Assembly (NCBI GenBank): GCA_054600435.1
Contig: BAAIJX010000022.1
Location: 248,001-312,000, forward strand
DNA from: Neophaeotheca triangularis
Lineage: Eukaryota
Reading direction: 5' to 3'
Length of the DNA: 64,000 nucleotides
This document shows positions 1 through 11,862 of the stretch, piece by piece (position 1 is the first letter of the stretch; each line of letters starts with the position of its first letter). The translations under genes and the position numbers were made by a program. A model generated the notes under the pieces. The model was not told where the DNA came from. It searched no databases and was given only the letters and a program-made list of their open reading frames with translations.

Positions 1-218
1 CCAAACCTCCGGTGCAGATACCTCCCATAAGCAGAATTAGAGTAAACGACCTTAACATCCACGCTCTTCAGCCCACTAAGACTACTGTGCTCGTCTTCTA
101 CAATCAGCGCGGGACGCTCGTCGCCGTCGAGGAATTCTGCCAAGAGGCGGATCTCCGCGGGAAGCTCGAGAGGACCGGGACTCGCGTTGCCGCTTCTAAT
201 TGTCGGTTCTGTTGCCAT
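1..218 (-). CDS. 5' end of a gene running off the window; possibly a PAS-domain hybrid histidine kinase
   Basis: ATG at 218 opens a stop-free frame to the window edge: MATEPTIRSGNASPGPLELPAEIRLLAEFLDGDERPALIVEDEHSSLSGLKSVDVKVVYSNSAYGRYLHRRF. The FLDxDxRPxxIV...VVYxN pattern resembles the N-terminal PAS-like region of fungal hybrid histidine kinases (inference). Absent from the ORF track because there is no stop. Confidence 0.4.
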   Translation of the reverse strand, partial: MATEPTIRSGNASPGPLELPAEIRLLAEFLDGDERPALIVEDEHSSLSGLKSVDVKVVYSNSAYGRYLHRRF

Positions 219-1183
219 GGCTGCGAAGATGTGCGAACCGGGAGCGAAGGAGGTGAAGGTGTCCGCATTGGGCGCGAGAGCAGGTCTAGGAGGTTGTGCT
301 AGCTGCGCGTGAGGTCAACGGCGGCGGCGGTGGGAGGGGGGAGGGCGGTGGGGGTGCTACTGCTACTGCAGCTGTGGTGATGAGGGTGCGCAGCGTTGAA
401 CAAGAGCCCGACCTTTCCTACCTGTTGTCCTGTGGTTTGCCGGCGAGCCTGACTGGTTGAAACTTGACCGACTGCGGCACGCAGCCTACTCACTACTGTA
501 CCCACTTGTGAGTAGCGATTAGAGTTCTAGAGTCTAGAGCTGCCAGCGGTTTTGTCGCCGCTGATGGGCTGAGAAGTTTTTTGGGTTTACGGCGCGGGCT
601 TGGGCAGAGCTGCACCACTGCAAAAGGCATGCTTCTGGGAACTACTGGCTGGGGAGGGAGGACGGGCCCTGCCGGTTTGTTCCTGGTCATGAAGTCTAAG
701 GTACCTAATCTGAGATCGACGTGGGGCTGAGCATTAGTCAGCGTTCGAGAGAATGAGGTGAGAAGGTCGACGACTCGAAGTGCCTTCAGTCCGACCTCTA
801 GACTGCCCTAACTTATTGACCGTTAGCAGTGGCACCCGTTCTGTACCAAAACTTGCGGTAATTCTCTGGCGGTGAGCAGCACACCAGAAGCAGTTTACCG
901 ATGCGGAAACATGCTCGTTGACAGGGTGAGGGTACTCGAAAGCGCGACGGCCTGAATACACTGATACCTAAGGGCGCCTCTCTTGTTGGCATGGCTCGCT
1001 GCTATTGCTTCCTTGCGACCACTTGCAAGGGCTCCATTCGTGTACCTACATGGGCCCTTGAGATTTCCCACCTGTCGGAGTTATGAAGCCATCACGGATC
1101 GGTTTGAGTGGATAGCGTTGGTCGAAGTCCGCAACCGGTGTCGATGGGCTTTGCTCGTCGCTTGCGCATACTATGGAATGGGT

Positions 1184-2460
1184 CTACTTTCTCAAGACCT
1201 TTGTCCCACCTCCACCGCCACCGCCACCGTCTCCCTTCTTCTTCGCCTCCTCTTCCATCCACTTCCTCTGCTCCTCCAACATCTCCTCATCCTCGTCCGT
1301 CCTTTCGCTCGTCGGCACAATCCCCTCCGCCTCCTGCGTCCGCCTCCTGACCTCAGCCGAACTGGGCGTCGCGCCGGCAATCTTCGCCTCCTCCTCCCAC
1401 CCCTGCCGCTCAATCTCGTCCAGCTCCTCTTTCCTGTCCACCCATCTCTCCTGCACGTCCCTGACATCGATCTTTCCCGCCCATTGGTCGCTCATAGCTT
1501 GCGCCCAAATACTCGACTCGTCCCCGAGAGTTTTACCGCTCTCGTCCGTGCCTCTGGCGCCGGCGAACACATACCCTGAAGCGCGGTCAATGGCGCGAAG
1601 GAGTGCAGCCATGCTTGCACGGTCTTCCACGGCCAGGGTCTCGAAGCCTAGAAGTCCGAAATCCTCCACGAGGCCTATCAGAGCTTCGTTGAGTTTCTCG
1701 AACTTCTCGGCGTTGCGGGAAGTCGCGTTTTGCTCTTCGTTGAGTGAGGGAAGCAGGTAGTGGAGATCTTGCACTTCAGTGTAGAAGTCTAGGTTGAAGG
1801 GGAGGTCAGTACCGCCTACGGCTTTGAGGTTGTCGATTTTTGTGAGGACGTTGATGATGGGATAGGGGAGGTGGAGCATGCCGCGGAGGCAGAGCATGAG
1901 ACTACTGAGGTAAAGACTAGGGCGGGTCAGCACAACGGAGTCGAGAAGCTGGATGACTACTATCTGTGCTGCTGTTAGTTAGCCGCGCGGTGGAACTTCG
2001 AGAGGGCAATCTTACGCGATAGTCTTTCTTCGTCAATCTTTCGAGGATTTTCGGCAATGCCATATGGTGTATTGTCAACTCCGGTTGCCCTGGGGGGTCG
2101 AGAATGATCGTTTCGTCTGCAGCGGTCATCAGCATAGAGTCTTGCAATGTATCAAGATCATTGCTAAAACTTACCACTTTCTTCCAATTTCCCTTCCAGC
2201 CACTCCAAATTCGCCTCCACCTCCTCCATTGCCCAGAGCACACCGCCGTTCGGGCCTAGCTCTTCTCTCTCCATCACTTCCTCCACACTCACCAGATCCC
2301 GCACGTCGAAGTCGGCTTCGTATGGTATGACATCGTTGGCTGGGTCAAGATTCCCTACGCTACATGGCCGATCGATAGCGCGCATGAACTGTTGAAGGCC
2401 ATTGCAAAAGGTCGATTTGCCGCTTCCTGGTGGCCCCACGGGGAGGAGTATTGTCGGCAT
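1184..2460 (-). CDS. GPN2: GPN-loop GTPase 2 (RNA polymerase assembly factor), 3 exons: 2460-2175, 2116-2016, 1963-1184
   Basis: P-loop GPPGSGKST, NLDPAN, ELGPNGG (GPN motif), LDPPGQPEL, NVLTKID, FNLDFYTEVQDL. Introns 2174-2117 (GTAAGT..CAG) and 2015-1964 (GTAAGA..CTAAC..CAG) join three track ORFs in frame. Confidence 0.93.
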
Positions 2461-3314
2461 ATCCACCGCAGTTCGCTTCAAAAAGCGGTTCAGTCAGACC
2501 TAGTGGCCAACACTTATCGTGGCTGTGTTGCAGGCGAAAGTGCCCTGTCACTTGGACGTTGGTTTCTCAGTCCTTCGTTCGACTCCGGGCTCTGTGGCGT
2601 CGAGAGGAGTCAGGATTTCGCAATCGATTCAGTATTGTCAAGACAAAACCCGGAAGATGTGAAAGGTATGCGAGTAGACTGTTGAGAGGGCGTGAAGCTC
2701 GGAAAGAGTCGTTCGGTATCAATCAAAATCGTCTGCGGTCGATCGCCTTGGAGAAACCACTATAGCGACGCTGATGTAGTTTAGGCGAAGAATTGTTGCC
2801 AGAACTTTCCAGCGACCCAGGCTCTTTTGCTCCTTTTGATCGTACCTATATCGAGAGAATATGCCTGTACTTTGGCTCTTGGGTTCCGGGAGATCACTGT
2901 ACGTGGCGGTTTATGATGTTTAGAAACAGAATCGAAGGGAAAGAGCGACTGACCCAAGACCTCACCTCACCTACGTGACGTGCATACCAGGTAGCTACCT
3001 AAGGTAGGTAATCTGGCAATCTTATCTTATCTTATAACCCTCGCTTATCGACTCTTCATGCAGCTGGAGGCCCGCGTGGCCCGGCACGTGAACTCCCAAG
3101 AAAACATACCTTAGCGACGCTTTCTTCCACAGCACCATCTTTCCTGTCAACACAAAGCACGGAGTTGAAGCAGACATGTAAGCGTGACCCGTTGACAGAC
3201 CCATTTGTGGGCCTGACATCTCGTCAGAAAATACTGGCCAGGCCTGACAGCCAAAGCCCCGCGAACTCTTAGTGCGACACAGAGTGCTAACACAACAAAA
3301 GCTCAGAAGTCAAG

Positions 3315-4421
3315 ATGAGCCAGCCTCTCGAAGTCGTCGATTCGCCCAGCGATATCATCAGTAGTGCACGCTTCTCCCCTTCCGGAAACAAGCTCGCCGT
3401 ATCTTCTTGGGACCGCGGCATCCACCTCTACACCAAAAGCGACAACAGCGAGATCCCCTTCACGTTCAACAAGAAGGTTGCGACAAGAAACCCTGTTTTG
3501 GATGCCTGCTGGGGAGAAGATGAAAACACAATCTACTGCGTTGGTGTCGACAACGATGTGTGCCAAATCTCCCTAGATAGTGAAGAGCAGTCAGTCCTCT
3601 CAACCCACGGATCCACCAGCGCCAAAGTCGCATACGATGGCCAACACGGTCTTGTCCTCTCAATCAGTTGGGAGGGCATCATGCACGTCCACAAGCCCAC
3701 CGACAACAAACACATCCGCATCCGCCTCACTCAGAAACCTTACGCTCTGTCTCTCACGTCCACCCGAGTTATCGTCGCTATGGCCGACCGCAAACTTTCT
3801 GTCTACGAGCTCAACGCGCTGAGAATGCTAGTGGAGCAGAGTGGCGGCACAACGGGCTCAGGCGAGGACATGTCGCTCTCCGAACCTGGTCTACAAGAGA
3901 TGAACATCGAGCCCTGGCAGCAACGCGACAGCAACCTCAAATTCATGACGCGCGCCGTCGCCTGCATGCCTAACGGCGAGGGTTTCACCACTTCTTCCAT
4001 CGAGGGCAGAGTCTCTGTCGAGTGGTTCGACCCGGCGACAGAAGAAAGCCGTACCTACGCTTTCAAGTGCCATCGCCAAACCCGCCCAGACCCGGAGAAC
4101 GGGGGTGAAGAGGTCGACATGGTCTACCCCATCAACGCGCTTGCTTACCACCCTATCCACGGCACTTTCGCAACTGGTGGAGGAGATGGCGTTGTCTGCA
4201 TCTGGGATGCCAACACCCGTAGACGTGTTCGCATGTACAAGGTTAGCGAGGCCAGCATCTCCGCCCTCGACTTTTCGCTCGACGGCAAGTTCATGGCAAT
4301 CGCTTCCGGCCCGGGGTTTGAACAAGGTATCGAGAGTGACAACGGCGACCGCAGCATGGTCAAGCTGTTCGTCAGGGAGCTTGGGGAGACTGAGGCCAAG
4401 GGCAAGCCTGCGAAGAAGTAG
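3315..4421 (+). CDS. BUB3: Spindle checkpoint WD40 protein Bub3
   Basis: LAVSSWD, R.S.LKFMTR, SSIEGRVSVEW, YAFKCHR, YPINALAYHP.HGTFATGGGDG motifs of the Bub3/Rae1 family. SSWD plus YAFKCHR favour Bub3. Confidence 0.9.
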   Translation: MSQPLEVVDSPSDIISSARFSPSGNKLAVSSWDRGIHLYTKSDNSEIPFTFNKKVATRNPVLDACWGEDENTIYCVGVDNDVCQISLDSEEQSVLSTHGSTSAKVAYDGQHGLVLSISWEGIMHVHKPTDNKHIRIRLTQKPYALSLTSTRVIVAMADRKLSVYELNALRMLVEQSGGTTGSGEDMSLSEPGLQEMNIEPWQQRDSNLKFMTRAVACMPNGEGFTTSSIEGRVSVEWFDPATEESRTYAFKCHRQTRPDPENGGEEVDMVYPINALAYHPIHGTFATGGGDGVVCIWDANTRRRVRMYKVSEASISALDFSLDGKFMAIASGPGFEQGIESDNGDRSMVKLFVRELGETEAKGKPAKK

Positions 4422-4906
4422 GCACTCTTTCAGTTGCCCGAGGTGGGACTCAGGAGTGGTGCCAAGAGAGAGATGGGTAGTCTTATGAGCGAGCCGAGTA
4501 GTGTCAAGAGGGAGACGGGTAGTCAAGTTTCAGATTTTGCGGATTAGCGAGGAGTTTGGAGCAATGGGAGGTAGGATTACTTTTCGGATGCAGATCGGGA
4601 CCGAACCTGGTGGTCGTATCGTATCGTATGATGCTCAATGCTCTGATGCAAGTCGCTACATAGCTTGCAACTGTACTCACGAACACAACCGTATGACATG
4701 CAACCCTATGTCGAAACTACTATTCACAATAAGCTGTGTTTGACTAATAACTTAAAGGAACCTTAGGTTCACGTACGTAGATCAAAAGCGGTGAAGAATT
4801 CAGTGGCAGAAATGTTACAAACTTGCAGAATCGACTTCTCAATCGCGCGAGACCTCTACGAGACAAGTAACAACACAAAAGGTTTCGTCTCAATTGCCAT
4901 AATAAT

Positions 4907-7900
4907 ATGGCCAAACGCCCTCACGCAGATGTTGAGGATACCTCGCGCCCACCCAAGCGCTCCAAACCCAACCAAAAGCAACCACCTCCAGAAATCGAAG
5001 AAATCCATTTCGCGCACCAACTCCAAACCCTCCTAACTTTCCACCAAAGCAATCCACAACAACTTCGTAACGGTATCGCCTCCTTCAAAGTCTTCCTGGA
5101 AAGTATCCTCTACCACCGCGAGCAAGATGACCGCGGGCGCCAGCTCTCGATCCTCCGAGAGTATCTCGAATCGCAGAAACCCTCGCCCTCCAAACCCGAT
5201 GCGGAGACACAGACGCCATTTCTCGCGCAGCTGTTCCAGGGCTGGGGTTTTGCCAACAGCAATAACAACGACTACCTCGCGTCATCGGTGAGCGCGGTTT
5301 TGGCGCTGTTGGTCAAGACGCTCGCGGGCTTGTTGGATTTGCGGGATTATGGCTTGCTGGTTTGCAGAGCTGTGCTGCACTTCCAGCATTTGCGGTTAGT
5401 GAAGAGGAATCTGGATGCGCCGAAGCATAAGGAGTTTGTTATTAGTCCTGCATTGAGGCTGTTGACGGAGGTCACGGGGTTTGATGGTGGGGTTTTGGCG
5501 AGGGAGGTTTACAAGAGGCGGGAGCAGACATTTCATGTTAGTGGGTTGAGGCGATTACTGGGTTTGGGAAGGTCGGGTGGGGAGGAGGACAAGAGGAGAC
5601 CATCAGTTAGGACGCTGACGGTTAGGTACATATTGGCGCACTTGAAGTTTCAGGATGAGGGAGGCAAGATCGATATCTTGAGACAGAAACCGATTTGCAG
5701 TGGCTTGTTTTCGGCGCTGAGAGAGGATTCGGCGGAGGTGGTTATGGAGATACTGGCTACGGTTGAGCAGAATGTTCTCAGGGATCAGAGTCTGCCGCGA
5801 TCGGCCAAATCTTCGCTGATTGGGGAGCATAATTTGCTGCGCGTACTAGAAGTTGCGAGGGACCATGTGGGTGCGGATGATAAAATTGAGAGTACAGCTT
5901 TTGCATGGCTGCGGGCTGTCTGCACGACTCCTTCCTATGGAATTCTCAGAGCTAGCGGCTGGTATCCTCCAGGGACCGCGAAGCATGAACCCCAACAGAG
6001 CGACGACACGATCGATCTCGGCCTTGACAGCATACCCTTCTACGATACCGACGCGATCCAACTACGCAACATCGTTCTTTCAAACTGGCTACCAAGCCTC
6101 AGACCTCAGTCCAGCTCCCACGAGCGCGATATCCTGCTGGGATGCTTCAAGGCCGCCCCGGAGCTTGTGGCCCCCTACTTTCAAGAGCGAGCAGCTCACA
6201 TGCAGATGGAACCAAAGCTGACAAACACTTGGGTTGGCTATGCGAGCTTCATGCTCGAAGCTTCTGCTTTGCCCGCGCCTCCTTATGTCGGGCATACCGA
6301 AGATGAAAGCTTCGCGCAATTGCCGCCGCAGACCTCGATCGTAGTGGAGAGCCTGCTTCCCAGACCGCTGAATCAGAAGGTCCTGACGCGCTGCATAAAT
6401 CAGAGCAGTGAACTGATCACCTTTTTTGCTATGCGGCTGTTGGTCGTCTCGCTTCAAAAGCTTGCAACCATTCTGAATCGATTTGAAACCGCGAAGTCAA
6501 CTGCGCCACAGCCAGCTCTCTGGTCCCAGGCTGCTGAAAAGCTGCTCGATGCCTTCAGCCAACGGTGCCCATCCATGAGCGCCGCAATCGAAGCTTTCAG
6601 GAAGATTCCCGATGACGATGCACACCTGCTACAGCGCGAAAGCGCAGCACACCTACTGCGACTTTTCCACGAAGTAACTCCCGTACAAGCACTAGAACAG
6701 CAATTCGACGTCTCCAGCGCACTGACAACGGCTTTAGAACGCAGCGACAAGGCCACGCCTTCAGAGATAGATTCTGAAATCTCAAAAGTACGAGCTCAAG
6801 AACTGCAGCATCTACTCTCGATCGCGAAATTAAGCAATGGGATGCGCTGGTTTGATGTGCCCAAGAAGACTTCTTTGAAGCTTTCGCCCATTGTCACACT
6901 TTTGAAATTGCACGCCAGAGAGGGAGAGCACGCCAACCATGAAAGGAGGGTATTCATCGAGAGTATCTTAGTCGCGAATGATATGGTCAACGAGTGTCCA
7001 GAGGTTCGAAAAACCGAAGACGGGGCCAAGAAGGCTTCGGCGACGGACGCGCTTGTTGCGTGCCTCGTGTCTTTCGGGCAGAAGTTCAAGCTGACGGACA
7101 AGACGTGGAGTTCCTTGCAGGATTGCTTTGGGAGAGCTGCTAAGGCGCCTGTGAAGTATGTTGACATTGCGGAGAAGATGCAACGGAAAAAGGGCAGCGG
7201 GGCCACCAGCGTGAATGGGAACAAGCCTAGCGTGCTGGCGGCAGTCATGCATGATCAACGTCCTTTCGTCAAGATGCGCGAGGAGAAGGATGGCGAGGAC
7301 GAGGTTTCGACTTTCACGTCGTGCTTCATGATGGCGTTGACAATGTATTGTGACGAGATGATGGGTGCTGTGGACTATCTCGACAAGCGCAGCGATTTGG
7401 TCAAGAGCCTTTTGCCCCAAAGCCTGGAAGATCTGATCACCGCCAACGCGCAAGGTCGGTCAGATGAAGCCAGTGACGAATCTGAGACGGAAGCCAAACA
7501 GGACAACGCTAGTCCTGTCCCCTTCGACTCGCTTCCCGTCGAACCCGACTCCCACCCTGAACTGCTGCGCTGGACAAAGAAAGACCTCGACCTCGCCATC
7601 GAAGACTCTGACATCAGCGCCCTCATGCTCTGCCTAAGCAGCGCAGATGCCTCGATTCGGATACAAGCCAAAACTCAACTGACTCACCTCTCTAATAAGA
7701 TCTTCGCTTCGAGCCACGAACACAAAGACCAGCTCTACATCCTTGTCGGCGAGCTGCTCGAAACCTACACAGCCTACACCCACCAATTCACCAGCGAACC
7801 CACAGCAACAGCATTCCCGTACCTAGCAACCACCTTCGCAGCCCGCGCAATTCACATCCTGCTGGACACAACCCACCTCCTCTATCCCAAACTAAACGCC

Positions 7901-8353
7901 TACCTGATGAAATCCCCTTCATGGCACGTGAGCAAACTCCCCACCTACTGGCTGTCGCAGACTCTGCACTCGCAGCCCTCGGACGACGACACGCACTGGC
8001 GCGAGATCCAGTGGGTGCTCGACTGGCTCGTCGCGGGCCTTCGTACGCCCGCCGATTCGGAGATATTCAGGCAAGGCCAGGTTTTCGAGAAACTTATGGC
8101 GCTGTACCTGGAGCCGGGCGCTAGTGGGCGGTTTGTGAAGGATAAGGTGTTGGAGGTGGTTTGGAGAGGTGGTTGCGTGGATGCTTCGACGCTTGTGACC
8201 AGGACTGGGGTACTTGGGTGGTTGAGGGTTGTGGGCGGCAGGGAAGATGGAGGAAGGCAGGGCGTTGTAAAGGTGTTGAGAAGGGAGATTTTGGAGAAAG
8301 CGGATGCGGGGAGGCTGGCGGAGTGGAGTGGGATGGAGGTTGAGCGGATGTAA
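4907..8353 (+). CDS. URB1: Nucleolar pre-ribosomal-associated protein Urb1/Npa1
   Basis: 1148-aa intronless helical-repeat ORF with RRPSVRT, F.AAPELVAPYF, EPKLT.TW.GY and a C-terminal HLLYPKLN.YL segment typical of Npa1/NopRA1 domains. Confidence 0.82.
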   Translation: MAKRPHADVEDTSRPPKRSKPNQKQPPPEIEEIHFAHQLQTLLTFHQSNPQQLRNGIASFKVFLESILYHREQDDRGRQLSILREYLESQKPSPSKPDAETQTPFLAQLFQGWGFANSNNNDYLASSVSAVLALLVKTLAGLLDLRDYGLLVCRAVLHFQHLRLVKRNLDAPKHKEFVISPALRLLTEVTGFDGGVLAREVYKRREQTFHVSGLRRLLGLGRSGGEEDKRRPSVRTLTVRYILAHLKFQDEGGKIDILRQKPICSGLFSALREDSAEVVMEILATVEQNVLRDQSLPRSAKSSLIGEHNLLRVLEVARDHVGADDKIESTAFAWLRAVCTTPSYGILRASGWYPPGTAKHEPQQSDDTIDLGLDSIPFYDTDAIQLRNIVLSNWLPSLRPQSSSHERDILLGCFKAAPELVAPYFQERAAHMQMEPKLTNTWVGYASFMLEASALPAPPYVGHTEDESFAQLPPQTSIVVESLLPRPLNQKVLTRCINQSSELITFFAMRLLVVSLQKLATILNRFETAKSTAPQPALWSQAAEKLLDAFSQRCPSMSAAIEAFRKIPDDDAHLLQRESAAHLLRLFHEVTPVQALEQQFDVSSALTTALERSDKATPSEIDSEISKVRAQELQHLLSIAKLSNGMRWFDVPKKTSLKLSPIVTLLKLHAREGEHANHERRVFIESILVANDMVNECPEVRKTEDGAKKASATDALVACLVSFGQKFKLTDKTWSSLQDCFGRAAKAPVKYVDIAEKMQRKKGSGATSVNGNKPSVLAAVMHDQRPFVKMREEKDGEDEVSTFTSCFMMALTMYCDEMMGAVDYLDKRSDLVKSLLPQSLEDLITANAQGRSDEASDESETEAKQDNASPVPFDSLPVEPDSHPELLRWTKKDLDLAIEDSDISALMLCLSSADASIRIQAKTQLTHLSNKIFASSHEHKDQLYILVGELLETYTAYTHQFTSEPTATAFPYLATTFAARAIHILLDTTHLLYPKLNAYLMKSPSWHVSKLPTYWLSQTLHSQPSDDDTHWREIQWVLDWLVAGLRTPADSEIFRQGQVFEKLMALYLEPGASGRFVKDKVLEVVWRGGCVDASTLVTRTGVLGWLRVVGGREDGGRQGVVKVLRREILEKADAGRLAEWSGMEVERM

Positions 8354-9174
8354 AGCGTAGAGGTGTTGCAAGATGGTCCGTAGATGGGCTTGAACAAGCC
8401 TCTGAGTATACTTTTGCGGTACAGAGCGTGTTCTAAGTGCTCAGACAAAGGGACTGCTTGCTTGATACCAACACCAGTCGTTCTGCAGTCACAGAGCATG
8501 AAGAAGAAAAGGAGGGATATACGTATACATACATACTTATGCCTCAGGCCTTGATCACGTGTTCAGATATCCGCGAACGAACAGCTTCCAGCGACTCCCC
8601 AAATCGCTCGTCCAACTTCAACTTCAACCTCACCTTCAAGCTCCAAGAACTCCTTTGACGCAGACTGCTCACGACAACAACGTACTTCGCGATGACCTCT
8701 TGACACCTGATCTATCAATATTGTTCCATTTCCTCAGCACTACCGACATTGAATCATTGCGCAAGAGAGACCGACCCACAGCACAGTACCCCTCCAAACG
8801 CTGGCAACGCAGCTTTTGCAGCAGCCTAGCTTCTACCTTTGCTCACATCACCACCTACATACGGATCTCTCAACCTCTCTTGCACCAATTGGTCGCTTCA
8901 AGAGAACCTGCGATACCGCTACAGCAGCTTTCACCTGATTCAAACGCACATCGCTCGAATGCGGGACCCGCCGTGTCCACCCGGGATCTATACGCGAGAA
9001 TTGTAAAGCAAATACTCGAATCAGACTATCACGCTTGTATCAACACAGATACATTATTAACACGCAACTCAATTAAGTTTCCAGCGGCTCGACGCACTCC
9101 CCACCCGCGCCGAGCAGGAGGCTTACAACGCCGAAGAAGGCTTGCGTTGGATGCGCGCAGCCTACGGCACCGAA

Positions 9175-11276
9175 ATGTCGGTCAGACAATACTCAGCGGA
9201 ACAGCTGCTGCATTTGCGACACTCGCCATTGGTCAAGAAACCCGAAGACTTGCCTGCCATTGAGCAATGGATAGAGTATGTCTACACGGACAAGGACTCG
9301 AACGAAAAGCTAAGGATCCCGCGCAGTAGCCAGCAGCCGCAGTCGGCGGAGCAGCGGCAACCGTCGCAGCAGCAGGAGAAGCGCCAGGCTGGGAACAATG
9401 GCAACGGCAACAGCGGCAGGGAGAAGCGCATTGATGGCGAGGCGACGCCGATGGGTGCATTTGGCGCTGGTCAAAGACCTAGCTTGTTGCAGACTAGGAT
9501 GAGCAGCAAGACTGGCGGTACGACGAGCGTTCACCAACTGTTGAGAGAAACCGCGCTAACAACGATAGCAGAGGACGTCGTTCTAGGTCCGTCGAAGACG
9601 AGTTTTACGTCTAGCAGAAACATCTCTCGCTTCTCAGAGGGCGCTGATAAAGCCATTGATGGGGAGGAGACTGATTCCGCGCAGAGGCGCTGGCCGCCAA
9701 ATCGCAAAACTGCTGTTGCAAATGAGGTCGAGGGCCGCTCGCACGGTAAGGAGAGCTGGACAACAGCGCGCGAGCGGAGGGCTAGGGAGAACGATGAGCC
9801 TGGGACTGAGGGCAGAGAGAGAAATGGCAGGTACAGTAAGCGTGACAATACGGAAGAGGACGGCGAGCGGCCTCGTCGCGGTTTTGGCTTCGGGAAAGAC
9901 CCGCGTTGGGGCAACAACGACGACTCCAAGCCACAGAATAGTGATCGACGAGGTGGATGGCGCGAGCGTGAGAAAGAGAAGCGTGAGACTGGATGGGACC
10001 GTGGAACGCGCGTTGAGAAAGAGCCCGAATGGATGGATGCTCCTGCCGTGCCGAGCAAAGAAACCGAGATTAACGATCCCGGGTTCATGTCGCACAGTCA
10101 CGAGGAGTTCCAGAGGTGGAAAGAGCAGATGAAAGCGAGTAAGAGCGGATCAATTGAGGAGAAGCCTGCGCAAACACCAGAGCCTCCCACACCCGTCAGA
10201 GAGACGGCACCTCCTAAGCCTTCTACTCCGCTCGTGCTCGAGGGTCTGAACAGTCAGCCTTTCGGAGGGTGGGGCGAAGGAAGACGTGCGGAGGATGCGC
10301 CTCCAGGCTTGCCGACCCCGAAGGCTGCAACTGGTAAGGGTAAAGCGAGCAGGTTTGGTGGATTCTTCGCGCAGCAAGCCCCAAAAGAAGAGCCGCAACC
10401 GGAGCCGCAGCAGCCAGAGACGAACATCCAGCAAGCGGCGAACGCTATGGCGAATGGTTCTAGTGAGGACAAGGAAGGGTTTCAACGTATCTTGCAGATG
10501 CTTGGAGGCGCCAATATCAGCAAGCCTACCGCCCCTCCTGGATCTGCTGCGCCTGCTATTCCCTCGGACCCTGCCTCGCCTGCTCCCAAGAGCGCTGCCA
10601 ACGGTTCGAGGAAACAGAGTCGTTTCTTCGGCGGTGATCAGAAGCCTATGAGCCCCCAGCAGCAACGTTCTCCTAAGGGAGCGCCGTTTCCATTCCAGAA
10701 CCTTGAGGGCTCGAGGAAGGACGGCCCTGCCATGGAGGAGCCGAGAGCCTTGCTTGAATCTCGTTTTCCACCGATGATGCAAGATCAGCAGAGGAGCTCT
10801 ACAGTAACTAGTGCGGACATGTTCTCTCCTCCGTCGAGCAGCAACCACGAGCAGAGACCCTCATCAAGCCGGTTCCCCGAGCACCTGCAAAGTCCGCCTT
10901 CGCGTGGTGCGGCGACCCCTGAAATGAGCATCCAAGACCTCATTGCCCAGCAAAACCGCCGTCCCCCGCAAGTGGACAAGAACGGCGACTTTCTGCTCAG
11001 TCTTCTCAACTCGAAGCAATCGAAGCCGCAGCCGCAGCGCCCGCCACCCGAGGACTTCCAACTCTGGCGTGATCACCCCCCGGAGACTCACGCACCTCAA
11101 CCTCGTGCTCCGCCACCTCCGGGCTTCTTCGACGATCAACTCCTTCGCAACGAGATGCCACGGCAAGACTCACAATCCATGATGGGCAACCAGATGCCCC
11201 AGCGCCGTACCTCTCAACGCGCAGCACCCCAATCGGGTCCGCCACCAGGTTTCTTCGACGAAAATCTCTTCTTGCA

Positions 11277-11307
<31 letters not shown>

Positions 11308-11862
11308 CGTCGCTCGAGCAATTTCCCCGACCAACAGCAGCAACAGCTCCCACGCACCTTACCCGGCCAGAATCCCAGCGCAAACCGCCGCATGTCTGCG
11401 CATCCAGGCCAACAGCAAGGACAACCTCCCCTACCTCCCCCCCCTCCAGGCATGCACCCCCAATTTCTTACATCCGAGAGTAACACCGGAAACTTCCCGC
11501 AAGCGCCCCTTCCTCCGCCTCCGGGCTTCAACCCTCACATGCGCCACCCGCCCGGTTTTGGCGGCGGCGGCGGTGGGCCAGGTCTGTTCCAACAACCGCA
11601 ACATCAGGTTCCGGCTGGCGGTTTCGCAGGCATGGGCATGGGTCCCCAGCAGGCTACGAGTCCACCCGGTGTGAATGCGCCGCCTGGCTTCTTTGGACCG
11701 GGTATGGGCGCTGGCGCTGGGCCGCCGCCGGGGTTCATGCCGCTTAGAAGTCCTGAGAGTATGGGCATTGGTGGGCCACCTGGCGCTGGTGGTCCTGGTG
11801 GGGCTAGTGGCGGTGGACGAGGCGGGTTTGGGTACGGGGCTGAGGGGTTGAGTAGGCGGTAG
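9175..11862 (+). CDS. Eap1/4E-T-like eIF4E-binding translational repressor; probable in-frame introns 9276-9326 and 9518-9568 (or 9571)
   Basis: N-terminal YSAEQLL matches YxxxxL-phi; EPEW motif; HSHEEFQRWKEQMK; nine PPG[FLMV] motifs; poly-Q. An alternative in-frame ATG lies at 9151. Confidence 0.75.
11275..11307 (+). repeat. CAG/CAA trinucleotide run encoding Q11
   Basis: (CAG)8(CAA)3 inside the Eap1-like CDS. Confidence 0.95.

Noticed and set aside
8559..9263. 234-aa ORF overlapping the start of the Eap1-like gene
   Set aside because: GTG start, no recognisable motif or coding-like composition; most likely promoter or 5' UTR sequence that is open by chance.
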